From: a virus
IMG/VR virus record: IMGVR_UViG_3300032093_000099
Location: 4,102 to 68,101 of that record
Length of the DNA: 64,000 nt
Reading direction: 5' to 3' (one strand)
This document shows positions 42,948 through 51,938 of the stretch, piece after piece. The translations under genes and the position numbers were made by a program. The stretch's first letter is position 1. Each line of letters begins with the position of its first letter. Under the pieces are notes generated by a model. That model was not told the origin of the DNA. It saw only the letters and a program-made list of their open reading frames with translations, and searched no databases.

Positions 42948-43898
42948 ATGGAAAATCTAAACGACATCTTCAACCTCTCGCTCGATGATTTCAAAGAGCC
43001 CGAACGCAAACAATCACTGATCTTCAAACCTGATTCCAAATCAGGAAAAGAAGGAGTCTACAAAGCAGTAGTACGCTTTCTTCCTTGGCATCAAGACGTC
43101 AAGAAATCGGTGATGAAAAAGTGGTCTTGCTGGTTAACTGACCCAGCCACTAACGAATCAAAAATGGTCGACTGCCCTTCTACTGTCGGCAAAAAATCAG
43201 TCTTACAAGATCTTTTCTGGAAGTTTAAGAAATCTGACTCAGTTGCTGAGCAAAGATTGGCTGACAACTTTTCTCGTCGCCAGCGTTTTGCATCTTTGGT
43301 GCAGATCGTTAAAGACGACAACAATCCTGAAATGGTAGGGAAAATCATGGTATGGCCTTACGGTGTAAAAATCTTCAACAAGCTTCAAGCTGAGATGAAA
43401 CCCGAGTTTGGCAAACCACACATTCCTTTTGATCTGTTCGAAGGTAAACCGTTTTTGGTACACATCACGCAAGTAGCCGGTTACAACAATTACGATAACT
43501 GCCGCTTCTTGGATGAGAAAATGCCTGTCATAATCGACGGCGAAAAGATGGAAAAGACTCAAGAATCTTTGGCTAAGATCAAAGCTTACTTGGAAACTTC
43601 TCCGGATCTTAATGCTTATGATTTCCAAGAATGGGATCAGGCTACCGAAGACTTTGTCAACAATGTTATTCGTAACACTGTCCCAGGCGGTAGAATGATT
43701 GAATCTGTCGAAACGAGCAATCGTAAATCAACTTCGTCTGCTCCAGTGGTAGAGGATGAATTCGTTCTTCCTTCTGCGCCTAAGAAAGCAGCCGCTCCTG
43801 CGCCAGCCCCTGAAGTTAAGACTTCGGAATCTGCGCTCGACAACTTAGATGATTTCGATTCTAACTCTTTCGACGATGAACTCTACTCATCACTCTAA
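42948..43898 (+). CDS. gp32: single-stranded DNA-binding protein (T4 gp32-like)
   Basis: AVVRFLP, DCPSTVG, VQIVKDDNNPEMVGKI, IPFDLFEG, GYNNYD; acidic C-tail. Confidence 0.88.
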   Translation: MENLNDIFNLSLDDFKEPERKQSLIFKPDSKSGKEGVYKAVVRFLPWHQDVKKSVMKKWSCWLTDPATNESKMVDCPSTVGKKSVLQDLFWKFKKSDSVAEQRLADNFSRRQRFASLVQIVKDDNNPEMVGKIMVWPYGVKIFNKLQAEMKPEFGKPHIPFDLFEGKPFLVHITQVAGYNNYDNCRFLDEKMPVIIDGEKMEKTQESLAKIKAYLETSPDLNAYDFQEWDQATEDFVNNVIRNTVPGGRMIESVETSNRKSTSSAPVVEDEFVLPSAPKKAAAPAPAPEVKTSESALDNLDDFDSNSFDDELYSSL

Positions 43899-45003
43899 TC
43901 AAAACACAGAACAGGAGAACGGGGGTAAAACCTCGTTCTCTTTTTCTTATGAGAAGGATCGACAAGTTGATCCTCAAAAGCTGTTGGGTAAAGTAAGAAT
44001 TGCTCTGCAGGAAATCCTCAACAATCGACACAACCATTACGAAAAGCGAACCATCGTCCCTAAGAGTGGGAGGTGGAATTTTGCTTGTCCTTACTGCGGA
44101 GACTCAAGCGCGGATTCACACAAGAAACGCGGAAACATATATACGGACAAACTTTACTTTAAGTGCTACAACTGCGGTAAGTACGCAGACGTCCACAACT
44201 TTCTAAAAGATTTTAAGAAAGATGTTCTTGACACAGATGAAATGTTGTTTGTCAAGGCAGCTGAAGAAAGCACCAAACGAGAGACTGGATCTGTTGATCC
44301 GTCGTATCTCTTTGATATAGAAAAGCTCAAGAGCCTTGCGGTCGATCGCATACTAATCGAAGAAAAATTAAATCTTAAAAGAATCGATAAGTCTTCAATA
44401 TCGACATATCTTAGCAAGAGACTTCAACCCAGAATGGAGTTGTTTTCTTGGAATCAAGAACGCGAGCAGTTGTACATATTTCATCTGATACCCGGGACTA
44501 ACATGGTTCTTGGCTTTCAGATTAGAAACTTTAAGTCACAACCTAAGTACATGACTTACCGTCTGAGCAGAATATATGAAATGCTTGGAAAACCAATCAC
44601 GCCCGAGGTCGAAGAAGTTGACCCAATGTCGACTACTTTTGGAATACTTGAAGCAAATTTGTCAATACCTGTGACCGTATTTGAAGGTCCACTTGACTCG
44701 TTTCTGTATAAAAACTCAGTGGCAACTTGTTCCACGAACATTGACTTTCCAGTCGATCTTTCAACTTTACGATACTTCTATGACTTCGACAAAGCAGGTC
44801 GAGAAGCATCGATTGAAAAACTTAAGCAAGGAAAGCCCGTGTTTATGTGGAAGAAGTTCTTTAAAGAAGCAAACATAGATGAACCAACGAATAAGAAAAT
44901 GGACCTCACAGATCTCGTCGTCCTCGCAAAGCGAAAAGGGATCTCACTACCAAGACTATCAAATTACTTTTCAGGCGACAAGTACGATGCATACTGGCTC
45001 TAA
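43876..45003 (+). CDS. gp61: DNA primase (T4 gp61-like)
   Basis: Zn finger CPYCGDS...KKRG...FKCYNCG; TOPRIM VFEGPLDS, FYDFDKAG, DLTD; start uncertain (43849/43876 or later). Confidence 0.85.
   Translation: MNSTHHSNQNTEQENGGKTSFSFSYEKDRQVDPQKLLGKVRIALQEILNNRHNHYEKRTIVPKSGRWNFACPYCGDSSADSHKKRGNIYTDKLYFKCYNCGKYADVHNFLKDFKKDVLDTDEMLFVKAAEESTKRETGSVDPSYLFDIEKLKSLAVDRILIEEKLNLKRIDKSSISTYLSKRLQPRMELFSWNQEREQLYIFHLIPGTNMVLGFQIRNFKSQPKYMTYRLSRIYEMLGKPITPEVEEVDPMSTTFGILEANLSIPVTVFEGPLDSFLYKNSVATCSTNIDFPVDLSTLRYFYDFDKAGREASIEKLKQGKPVFMWKKFFKEANIDEPTNKKMDLTDLVVLAKRKGISLPRLSNYFSGDKYDAYWL
43915..43945 (+). terminator. intrinsic terminator after gp32, inside the primase 5' region
   Basis: GAGAACGGGG-GTAAAA-CCTCGTTCTC followed by TTTTT. 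Confidence 0.75.
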
Positions 45004-45178
45004 CGAAATAGGATTAGAAGAAAGGATAAAGTTCAAAGGAACTGCTGAATTTTCTTTTGACATTGAAGAACCTAAGCTGGGAGAGATCGAGCTGACCCAA
45101 GAAAAGAAAAAGAAATTTATCAAATCGGAAACACGAAATGGAAGAAAATCAAAACATAAGTCCAACGACCTCTTCTAA
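44987..45178 (+). CDS. hypothetical protein
   Basis: 63-aa ORF bridging primase and uvsY. Confidence 0.5.
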   Translation: MHTGSNEIGLEERIKFKGTAEFSFDIEEPKLGEIELTQEKKKKFIKSETRNGRKSKHKSNDLF

Positions 45179-45608
45179 CAATGAGATCAATGAGCAACTG
45201 ATAGGCAGATTCAAAAAAGAACGCGGAGAGTGGACTGACAGGATCAAGGATATGTCAGAAAGACTTCGTGACATCTACAAAGTTGCTGACTTACAGACCG
45301 ACATTTATTCTTACCGTCAAGTCGCGGTCGAGTATTGTCATACTCTGCAAGTCCACCTTCAAAAAGTCAATCACATATTCAGAGCAAGAAAAATCGAAAG
45401 ATGGGAACACTATACTCGGAATTATGACCTGAGAATGGACAAAGAACCCAAGGAGCTTCATATATACGTTGATATAGTTGACATCAACGAAAGACGGGAA
45501 CTCTTACTTAATCATTTGGAGTTTATGAGAGAGACTATCAAGACAATCGATACAATATCGTTTGGCATCAAACACAGAATACAATTAGAAGAATATAGAA
45601 GAGGATAA
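45138..45608 (+). CDS. uvsY: UvsY-like recombination mediator
   Basis: Helical; C-terminal TIKTIDTISFGIKHRIQLEEY resembles UvsY; near uvsW. Confidence 0.55.
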   Translation: MEENQNISPTTSSNNEINEQLIGRFKKERGEWTDRIKDMSERLRDIYKVADLQTDIYSYRQVAVEYCHTLQVHLQKVNHIFRARKIERWEHYTRNYDLRMDKEPKELHIYVDIVDINERRELLLNHLEFMRETIKTIDTISFGIKHRIQLEEYRRG

Positions 45609-45611
45609 AAA

Positions 45612-46382
45612 ATGGGAAAAGTTAGAAGATTGGAAACTCCTCATGGAAGAGTTTATGTATACGAAGAATTGGCTGAACCGGTGTTCATGCCTTCTGTAAC
45701 GACTATACTATCGTTTGAACCATCAAAGTACTTGCAAGACTTAGAAGATAAGATCGGCAAAGAACAGCTACAGAGAATCGGCGAAAGAGCCGCTGGGCGA
45801 GGAACCGCAATGCACAGGTTCTTAGAGAACTATATGATCTGTCTTAAGAACGGAGGTAACGGAGACACTTGCTTGTTGTACACACAGAAGAAAACGCCTA
45901 AAGATCTCAGGGAAGATGGAATGGAAGAAGACCGTATAGGATACGGTCGAGACTTATTCTATAATTTCCTTCACGAGAATACTTTTGACGACATTAAGAA
46001 AGTTGTCTTTACCGAAAAGTTTCTTTGGTCTTTGGAGAATCTGTTTGCAGGAACGGCCGACTTTGGCTACGAGAGCATTGGGAACAAAAGAATCATAACT
46101 GACTTCAAGAGTGCTTCCGGAACAAGAGGCTCCGAGGTCGTGAATAAATATAAAAAGCAAGGTGCCGCATACGCGCTGTCGTTTGAAGAGATCTATAGAA
46201 AACCTATTGATGAGGTTCAGGTTTGGATATCACATCCTAACGGTCTGCAGATCGAAGTATTAGCAGGTGACGAGATGATCCAAAAGAAAAAAGAGTTCAT
46301 CGAATTAAGCAAAGACTTTCACGCACAGTGGGATGTAGAACCCTTTAAAGAATACTATTACAATACGCAAATACAAAAGTGA
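45612..46382 (+). CDS. PD-(D/E)xK exonuclease
   Basis: PSVTTIL, RGTAMH, TE, FAGTAD, DFKS, QGAAY. Confidence 0.85.
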   Translation: MGKVRRLETPHGRVYVYEELAEPVFMPSVTTILSFEPSKYLQDLEDKIGKEQLQRIGERAAGRGTAMHRFLENYMICLKNGGNGDTCLLYTQKKTPKDLREDGMEEDRIGYGRDLFYNFLHENTFDDIKKVVFTEKFLWSLENLFAGTADFGYESIGNKRIITDFKSASGTRGSEVVNKYKKQGAAYALSFEEIYRKPIDEVQVWISHPNGLQIEVLAGDEMIQKKKEFIELSKDFHAQWDVEPFKEYYYNTQIQK

Positions 46383-47896
46383 AAGCAAGAGTAACGCCAG
46401 ATACAAGATTCATACAAGTTGTCGATGCTACCGATCTGGAGCTCGAACAACTTCGCCATTCTTTCAAGAAAAGAATCAGCAACTGGCGGTTCCACCCATT
46501 GGTCAAGAAAAAGGTTTGGGACGGTTACATAACTTTCATGGACAAGTATCAAAGAATACCTGTAGGACTTTGGAACGAACTCAACGCAGTATGTAAGACA
46601 TACGATTTTGATCTTAAAGTCGAAGGAATCAGTGAAGTAATTGATTATGACTTTGACGAAGATGACTTTCGAGGTTGGGTTGCTGAGTTCTTTTCTGACC
46701 ACCCCAAGATCAAACCAAGAGACTACCAAATAGATGCTTGCATACCAATCTTAAAGTACAGACGAAGTATCTCTGAAATTGCTACATCTGCTGGAAAGAC
46801 ACTGATCATATTCATGATCTTTGGATATCTTTTTGATCGTAAGAAGTCAGGCAAGTTCCTGATGGTAGTTCCCAACACCAACCTCATCATTCAGACCAAT
46901 GAAGACTGGGAAGAATACAACAACGGTAAGTTGCGATACATTCTTCAGATGGTTCACGGTGGTTCTGACAAGACCAAGAAAGACGTTGACGTTATCATAG
47001 GAACGTATCAGACATTGGTCAAGAGAGACCGCGAGTGGTTCGATGATGTTTTTACTATCTGTGTTGACGAAGCACACCACACACAAGCAAGCTCGATCAA
47101 AAAGATCATCGGCAACTGCATGAATACCAAGTATGCTTTTGGTCTGTCAGGAACTATGCTTCAGAACGGAAGCACCGAAGCTCTAACGATACAGGCTTAC
47201 TTAGGTCCGCTGGTGAACAACATATCAGCAGCATTCTTACAAGCAAACGATTATGCAACCAAGATATTCATCAAGGTAGTCAAGCTCGACTATTTGGACT
47301 ATGACGCAAGAGAAAAGCTGGAAGATTTAAGAAATCGCAAAGGAGAGATCGACGGAAGCAAGCTCTTGGAATTGGAAAAAAGACTTGTGGTGGAAAATCG
47401 TCCAAGGCTACTTTTCGTCTGTGACTTTATCTCAAAGACAACCAAGAACAGTTTAGTTCTATTCCACAATGTCAAAGATCAATACGGCAGACAGATATAT
47501 GACTATCTTAGAGAACACACTCAAGACAAGACCATCTTTTACGTTGATGGAAACACATCGGTAGCTCTGCGTGATGACTATATCAACAGGATGGAAGAAG
47601 GAGACGATAAGATTCTTATCGCATCTTTTGGAACTTTTTCGACGGGTATCTCCATCAACAACATACACAACGTATTCTTTGTTGAATCTTACAAGTCAGA
47701 AAAGATCATAAGGCAGTCGATCGGTCGCGGTATGCGTCTCAAACAAGGTAAAGACCGGGTAAACATAATCGACTTTGTCGATGACTATTCTTTAGGAAGA
47801 GGCAGTAAGAACTATCTGTTAAAACACGGAGAAGAAAGAGTCAAGATCTACAAGCAGCAAGGTTTTCCTTACAAGGAATACCGGGTCAAATTCTAA
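46379..47896 (+). CDS. uvsW: SF2 DNA helicase UvsW
   Basis: PRDYQ, ATSAGKT, DEAH, GLSGT, TFSTGISI, QSIGRGMR. Confidence 0.92.
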   Translation: MKARVTPDTRFIQVVDATDLELEQLRHSFKKRISNWRFHPLVKKKVWDGYITFMDKYQRIPVGLWNELNAVCKTYDFDLKVEGISEVIDYDFDEDDFRGWVAEFFSDHPKIKPRDYQIDACIPILKYRRSISEIATSAGKTLIIFMIFGYLFDRKKSGKFLMVVPNTNLIIQTNEDWEEYNNGKLRYILQMVHGGSDKTKKDVDVIIGTYQTLVKRDREWFDDVFTICVDEAHHTQASSIKKIIGNCMNTKYAFGLSGTMLQNGSTEALTIQAYLGPLVNNISAAFLQANDYATKIFIKVVKLDYLDYDAREKLEDLRNRKGEIDGSKLLELEKRLVVENRPRLLFVCDFISKTTKNSLVLFHNVKDQYGRQIYDYLREHTQDKTIFYVDGNTSVALRDDYINRMEEGDDKILIASFGTFSTGISINNIHNVFFVESYKSEKIIRQSIGRGMRLKQGKDRVNIIDFVDDYSLGRGSKNYLLKHGEERVKIYKQQGFPYKEYRVKF

Positions 47897-47919
47897 CAAT
47901 TTCATTCCTTACAGTTTAA

Positions 47920-47928
47920 GATATATAG
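47920..47928 (+). promoter_or_regulatory. putative late promoter (GATATATAG) at head of internal-protein array
   Basis: Same motif as at 332, 17968 and 32167. Confidence 0.65.
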
Positions 47929-47947
47929 GTAAACAAAGACCTATATT

Positions 47948-48319
47948 ATGTTGTCATATAACGACTTTATTGCAGAAGGAAAAAAAGCAACCGAAGTTTC
48001 GGGAAGAGTGATGACTACGAACAGCAATCCGCAAGCATCAATCAACCACTCCGATGAAACTATCGAAGGTCTTCGTCGTCGTCTGATCGATGTTTACTTT
48101 AAGAAATCTGAAGACAAAAAAGTTAGAGACGAAATGAACAAGTGCATATCCACATACGTATACGCGCTCGACAAAAAACTCAGGATCAGTTCAGACATAG
48201 TCGATAGGTTGGCAAAAGCAGCAGAAGAAACCAGCGAAGAAACTATGAAAGTTCTTACAAAAGAGACTGAGAAATTCTACGGTGATGAAAAACCTAACCA
48301 TTACGGAACAACAGCATAA
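47948..48319 (+). CDS. putative internal head protein
   Basis: Begins MLSYNDFIAE (T4 capsid-targeting sequence is MKTYQEFIAE). Confidence 0.65.
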   Translation: MLSYNDFIAEGKKATEVSGRVMTTNSNPQASINHSDETIEGLRRRLIDVYFKKSEDKKVRDEMNKCISTYVYALDKKLRISSDIVDRLAKAAEETSEETMKVLTKETEKFYGDEKPNHYGTTA

Positions 48320-48337
48320 AATAAAAAATCATAAGAA

Positions 48338-49144
48338 ATGAAAAAACTGTCAACACAAGCTCCACTAATTCGCGAGGCTGAAGAAAAAGCGATGTCTGAA
48401 CTTCAAAAAGATTGGAGAGAATACTTCGGAGCAAAACTTGCTAAGTTTGGTGTAAATTCGCCAGCCGACTTAGACGAAGAAAAGAAAAAAGAATTCTTCA
48501 ACGATCTTAAGAGCGACTGGGAAAAAGGCAAAGGTGCTACCGAGGCTGGTAAGAAGGACATTGAAGAACAGGGAGTAAAAGAAGGCGAAGAAGTCAACGA
48601 AAAAGAGATCACAGCCGAAGAACTCGTCAAGAAGATCATCAAAGGCAACTCAAGATTCAAATGGTTAAATGATGACCTGCCTAAGAACTACACACTTGAC
48701 GACGTAAAGAACGCTCTTGATGATGCTGGTTACAGCAAAGAATACACCAAGTACATCAAAGAAGGCGAAGAAGTCAACGAAGCTGGTGAATTCAAAGTAG
48801 GCGATAAAGTTGCTCTTTTGTCCAAAGCTGATAAAAAGAAATTCGACGCGGGCGTAGTAGTCAAGATTCAATCTGATGGAAACGTAGTGGTAGATAAAAC
48901 CAAAAACTTTAGCCTCGAGATTGTGATGGATCCAGAGTTCCTCGTCAAAGAAAACGAAGAAGTCAATGAAGCAGAAGTAAAAACCGAAGCTGAGTTCAAA
49001 GAATACGCTGAGAAAGTTTTGAAGAAGGCTCACAAAGACGATTACGACGAAGCCAAAGCAAAAAAGACCATCGACGGAATTCTTAAGAAATCTGACGGTG
49101 ACTTAGGCGCTGCTGTTGGAATGTTGACCAGTGGTCTTGCATAA
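48338..49144 (+). CDS. modular putative internal/core protein (polyprotein-like)
   Basis: LIRE near the N-terminus; three KE(G/N)EEVNE linkers; one SH3/KOW-like module FKVGDKV...GVVVKI. Confidence 0.65.
   Translation: MKKLSTQAPLIREAEEKAMSELQKDWREYFGAKLAKFGVNSPADLDEEKKKEFFNDLKSDWEKGKGATEAGKKDIEEQGVKEGEEVNEKEITAEELVKKIIKGNSRFKWLNDDLPKNYTLDDVKNALDDAGYSKEYTKYIKEGEEVNEAGEFKVGDKVALLSKADKKKFDAGVVVKIQSDGNVVVDKTKNFSLEIVMDPEFLVKENEEVNEAEVKTEAEFKEYAEKVLKKAHKDDYDEAKAKKTIDGILKKSDGDLGAAVGMLTSGLA
48578..48970 (+). repeat. three 24-bp direct repeats (AAAGAAGGCGAAGAAGTCAACGAA)
   Basis: 48578-48601 and 48758-48781 are identical; 48947-48970 has 3 mismatches. Confidence 0.9.
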
Positions 49145-49158
49145 AAACTTTAGTATTC

Positions 49159-50493
49159 ATGAATCTACTGAAATATCAAGACTTCCTAATTAAGGAATCG
49201 CAAAGAACATCTTTAGTCGAACTAATGAAGCTCGACGAAGAAGCAGGCTTGTATGATGCACTAAATGAAGGTGGCGCGTACGGACACTTGGCGCATCCTT
49301 TTGAAGACATCGGTCTGACTATGCAAGACGTCAAAGATATGATAACTTCTGCAGTCAGCGGTGCTTTCGGTCCTGAGAACTTTGTCCAAGAAAAGACCGA
49401 CGGGCAACAGCTGTCAATTACATGGAAAGACGGAGAAGTCAGAGCCGCAAGGAATAAAGGTCAGCTCAAGAATTTTGGCAAAGATTCACTATCAGCGGCT
49501 GGAATCGCGAGCATGTTCGCTGGAAGAGGCGATATAGAAATAGCTTTCAACGCAGCGATGAAGGATCTAGGCGCATCTATTGGCTCTCTATCTGCCGCTG
49601 ACAAGGAAAAGTATTTTGGCAACGGCAAAAAGTTTGCCAGCATAGAAATCATAACACCGGTTACACAAAACACTGTTCCCTACGGACAGAACATGTTGGT
49701 GTTTCACGGAGTTGTAGAATATGACGAAAATGGAAATGTCATAGGTGAAGACAAGCAAGCAGGTCGTGACTTAGGTAAGTTGATCGCAGAAGCAAACGCA
49801 GCGGCTCAAGAAACTTTCTTTGTCCGCGGACCGCAAGACATTGCTCTCCAACCGCTTCCCAATACAAAAGCTCGTCAGTCTTACTATGAGTCTTTGCTGA
49901 GCAATATCATGAAAGAAAGCGGCACCAACTTTGCATCTTCAATCGAAGAATACGCTTTGGGAAATGCAAAAAGGATCCTCCAGGAGCTTGCGGCCAAGAG
50001 CAAAATAAATATACCGTCAGAGTATCTTGATGCGCTTGGCAAGCGTGTAGCTGGTATCGACAAGTCATTCACGGCGCCGCAGATCAAAAAATCGCTCGAG
50101 CCAGCGGCGGCAGACTGGTTCATCAACCTGGAGAAATCTCAAGAGAAAGAACTCAGAAAACGAGTGTACCAACCTCTTGAAGCAATCTTCTTAGAGCTGG
50201 GAACGGAAGTCATGAAGAACGTATCTTCTTTCTTGTCAGCAAATCCTACGCAGGCTGCTGAATCAATGAGAAAAGAAATCGACGGAGTGATCAGCAAGAT
50301 TCGCAAAGACGGCGGAGAAGCAGACGTCAAGAAAATGGAATACGAACTGGAGAGAGTCGCAGCAGCTGGCGGTTTAGACGCAATCGTCCCGACCGAAGGA
50401 ATCACATTCCTATACAAAGGCAAGCTCTACAAGTTTACAGGAATCTTTGCACCTTTACACCAGATCCGTTCAATACTTGCTTACAAAAAGTAA
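49159..50493 (+). CDS. ligase-like nucleotidyltransferase (KxDG family)
   Basis: GHLAHPFED, QEKTDG, C-terminal EGITF...YKFTG; N-terminal MNLLKYQDFLIKE...ALNE-GG. Confidence 0.65.
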   Translation: MNLLKYQDFLIKESQRTSLVELMKLDEEAGLYDALNEGGAYGHLAHPFEDIGLTMQDVKDMITSAVSGAFGPENFVQEKTDGQQLSITWKDGEVRAARNKGQLKNFGKDSLSAAGIASMFAGRGDIEIAFNAAMKDLGASIGSLSAADKEKYFGNGKKFASIEIITPVTQNTVPYGQNMLVFHGVVEYDENGNVIGEDKQAGRDLGKLIAEANAAAQETFFVRGPQDIALQPLPNTKARQSYYESLLSNIMKESGTNFASSIEEYALGNAKRILQELAAKSKINIPSEYLDALGKRVAGIDKSFTAPQIKKSLEPAAADWFINLEKSQEKELRKRVYQPLEAIFLELGTEVMKNVSSFLSANPTQAAESMRKEIDGVISKIRKDGGEADVKKMEYELERVAAAGGLDAIVPTEGITFLYKGKLYKFTGIFAPLHQIRSILAYKK

Positions 50494-50499
50494 AAAGAG

Positions 50500-50790
50500 A
50501 TGAAACACATACACACATTTGAGAACTTCTTAAACGAGTCGGAACACATGTCTGTCAACGAATTTGAGACTTCGCTGAATGAACTTAGACTTACATCTGC
50601 TGGTGTAAAAGAGTTGCTTACAGCAATTTATTACAACTGGGATAAAATCAAAGACAAGATTCGCCAAGAGTATTACTTCAAATCGTTTAAAGATGTCATG
50701 GAATTTCTACTGACCGGAGATCAAGAAGAAATGGAAGAGTTGGAAAATGTCGTAAAAAAATTCGGAGTCGAAATACTAAAATTGAAATAA
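50500..50790 (+). CDS. putative internal head protein
   Basis: MKHIHTFENFLNE. Confidence 0.7.
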   Translation: MKHIHTFENFLNESEHMSVNEFETSLNELRLTSAGVKELLTAIYYNWDKIKDKIRQEYYFKSFKDVMEFLLTGDQEEMEELENVVKKFGVEILKLK

Positions 50791-50794
50791 GTCA

Positions 50795-51103
50795 ATGAAA
50801 CACATACCATCATACGAAAACTTTTTGAACGAAGGCAACGATTCCGAAATGAAAGAATTTAAGACCAAGCTCGACAGACACGATTGGTACTACATGATGT
50901 CCGACGATAATCGTGTCTATACTCGTGGATCAGCCGAGGCTGATGAACTTGGCAAGATGATCAATAAGATCGGCAAAGAAGCGGAAGACTTGTACATAAA
51001 AGCTTACAAAAAAATGTTTCCGCACTCGAACTACACACCTAAGATTCTTAAAAACGAGAATGACAGATATGCAACATTTGCAGAAGTAAAAAACATGAGA
51101 TAA
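50795..51103 (+). CDS. putative internal head protein
   Basis: MKHIPSYENFLNE; body contains HDWYYMMSDD. Confidence 0.7.
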   Translation: MKHIPSYENFLNEGNDSEMKEFKTKLDRHDWYYMMSDDNRVYTRGSAEADELGKMINKIGKEAEDLYIKAYKKMFPHSNYTPKILKNENDRYATFAEVKNMR

Positions 51104-51104
51104 A

Positions 51105-51347
51105 ATGGAAAACAACCAATTCCCTACATTCGAAAACTTTAGAGAAGAAACCAAAGCCAACGAAGCGATGGTCCAGGTCGCAGGAAAAAGCAAACCGTCG
51201 GGTGCAACAGTACTTGCGACAGTCATCGTTGACTATATGATCAACAACAATTTGATCAACACAGGTGCAATCGACGTTAAAAATCGCATTTCTCGCAAAG
51301 AGCTTGTTGATACCGTTAAAGATATCATCATGGACAGTACGTTCTAA
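51105..51347 (+). CDS. putative internal head protein
   Basis: MENNQFPTFENFREETKANE. Confidence 0.6.
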   Translation: MENNQFPTFENFREETKANEAMVQVAGKSKPSGATVLATVIVDYMINNNLINTGAIDVKNRISRKELVDTVKDIIMDSTF

Positions 51348-51362
51348 AAACAACACATCATA

Positions 51363-51929
51363 ATGCAAGAATTCAATTCATTTAGAAAAACAAAGTCAGG
51401 CAAGCTCAACGAAGCGATTGACTTTGGCACATCACCGGTCAAACCAAAGACAGTCGCTCCTGAAGTAGAGACTATGTTGAACGCCAGACTCGGTGACGAG
51501 TACACCGCGTACTTCTTTTACAGAAATGCTGCCAACTGGTGCAAGAACGCCAACTACAAGAAAGCCGCTGCATTCTTTAACGCAGAAGCAGACGGAGAAC
51601 TTGGTCACGCTCAAGGAATCCAAGATTACTTGACTCAGTGGAACCTCATTCCCGCGATTCCTCAAGTACCTACCGCGCTAAACTTTGGCGGATTGGTCGA
51701 GATCATCAACAAGGCATACGATCTAGAGTACAACTTGCTTCTTAAGTATTCTGAAGACCAAAAGATGTTGCTCGACAAAGATCCGGCTACATTCAATTTC
51801 ATTCAAAAATACGTCGACATTCAGAACGGTGAGGTAGAAGAATACTCTGACTATCTAAACTCTCTTGAGTTGGTGAACCCCAACAACAAATTCGAGGTGC
51901 TTTACTTTGAGCAGACTTACTTTGGCTAA
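51363..51929 (+). CDS. ferritin-like protein
   Basis: DEYTAYFFY, FFNAEADGELGHA, AYDLE, FIQKYVDIQNGE ferroxidase pattern; N-terminal extension ending LNE. Confidence 0.85.
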   Translation: MQEFNSFRKTKSGKLNEAIDFGTSPVKPKTVAPEVETMLNARLGDEYTAYFFYRNAANWCKNANYKKAAAFFNAEADGELGHAQGIQDYLTQWNLIPAIPQVPTALNFGGLVEIINKAYDLEYNLLLKYSEDQKMLLDKDPATFNFIQKYVDIQNGEVEEYSDYLNSLELVNPNNKFEVLYFEQTYFG

Positions 51930-51938
51930 ACATCATTA

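Noticed and set aside
45612-46382. Cas4-like nuclease as sign of a CRISPR system
   Set aside because: No repeat-spacer array or other cas genes seen; no Fe-S cysteine set; the context is uvsY-uvsW recombination.
48578-48970. 24-bp repeats as a CRISPR array
   Set aside because: Spacers are 156-165 nt, in frame, and inside a CDS.
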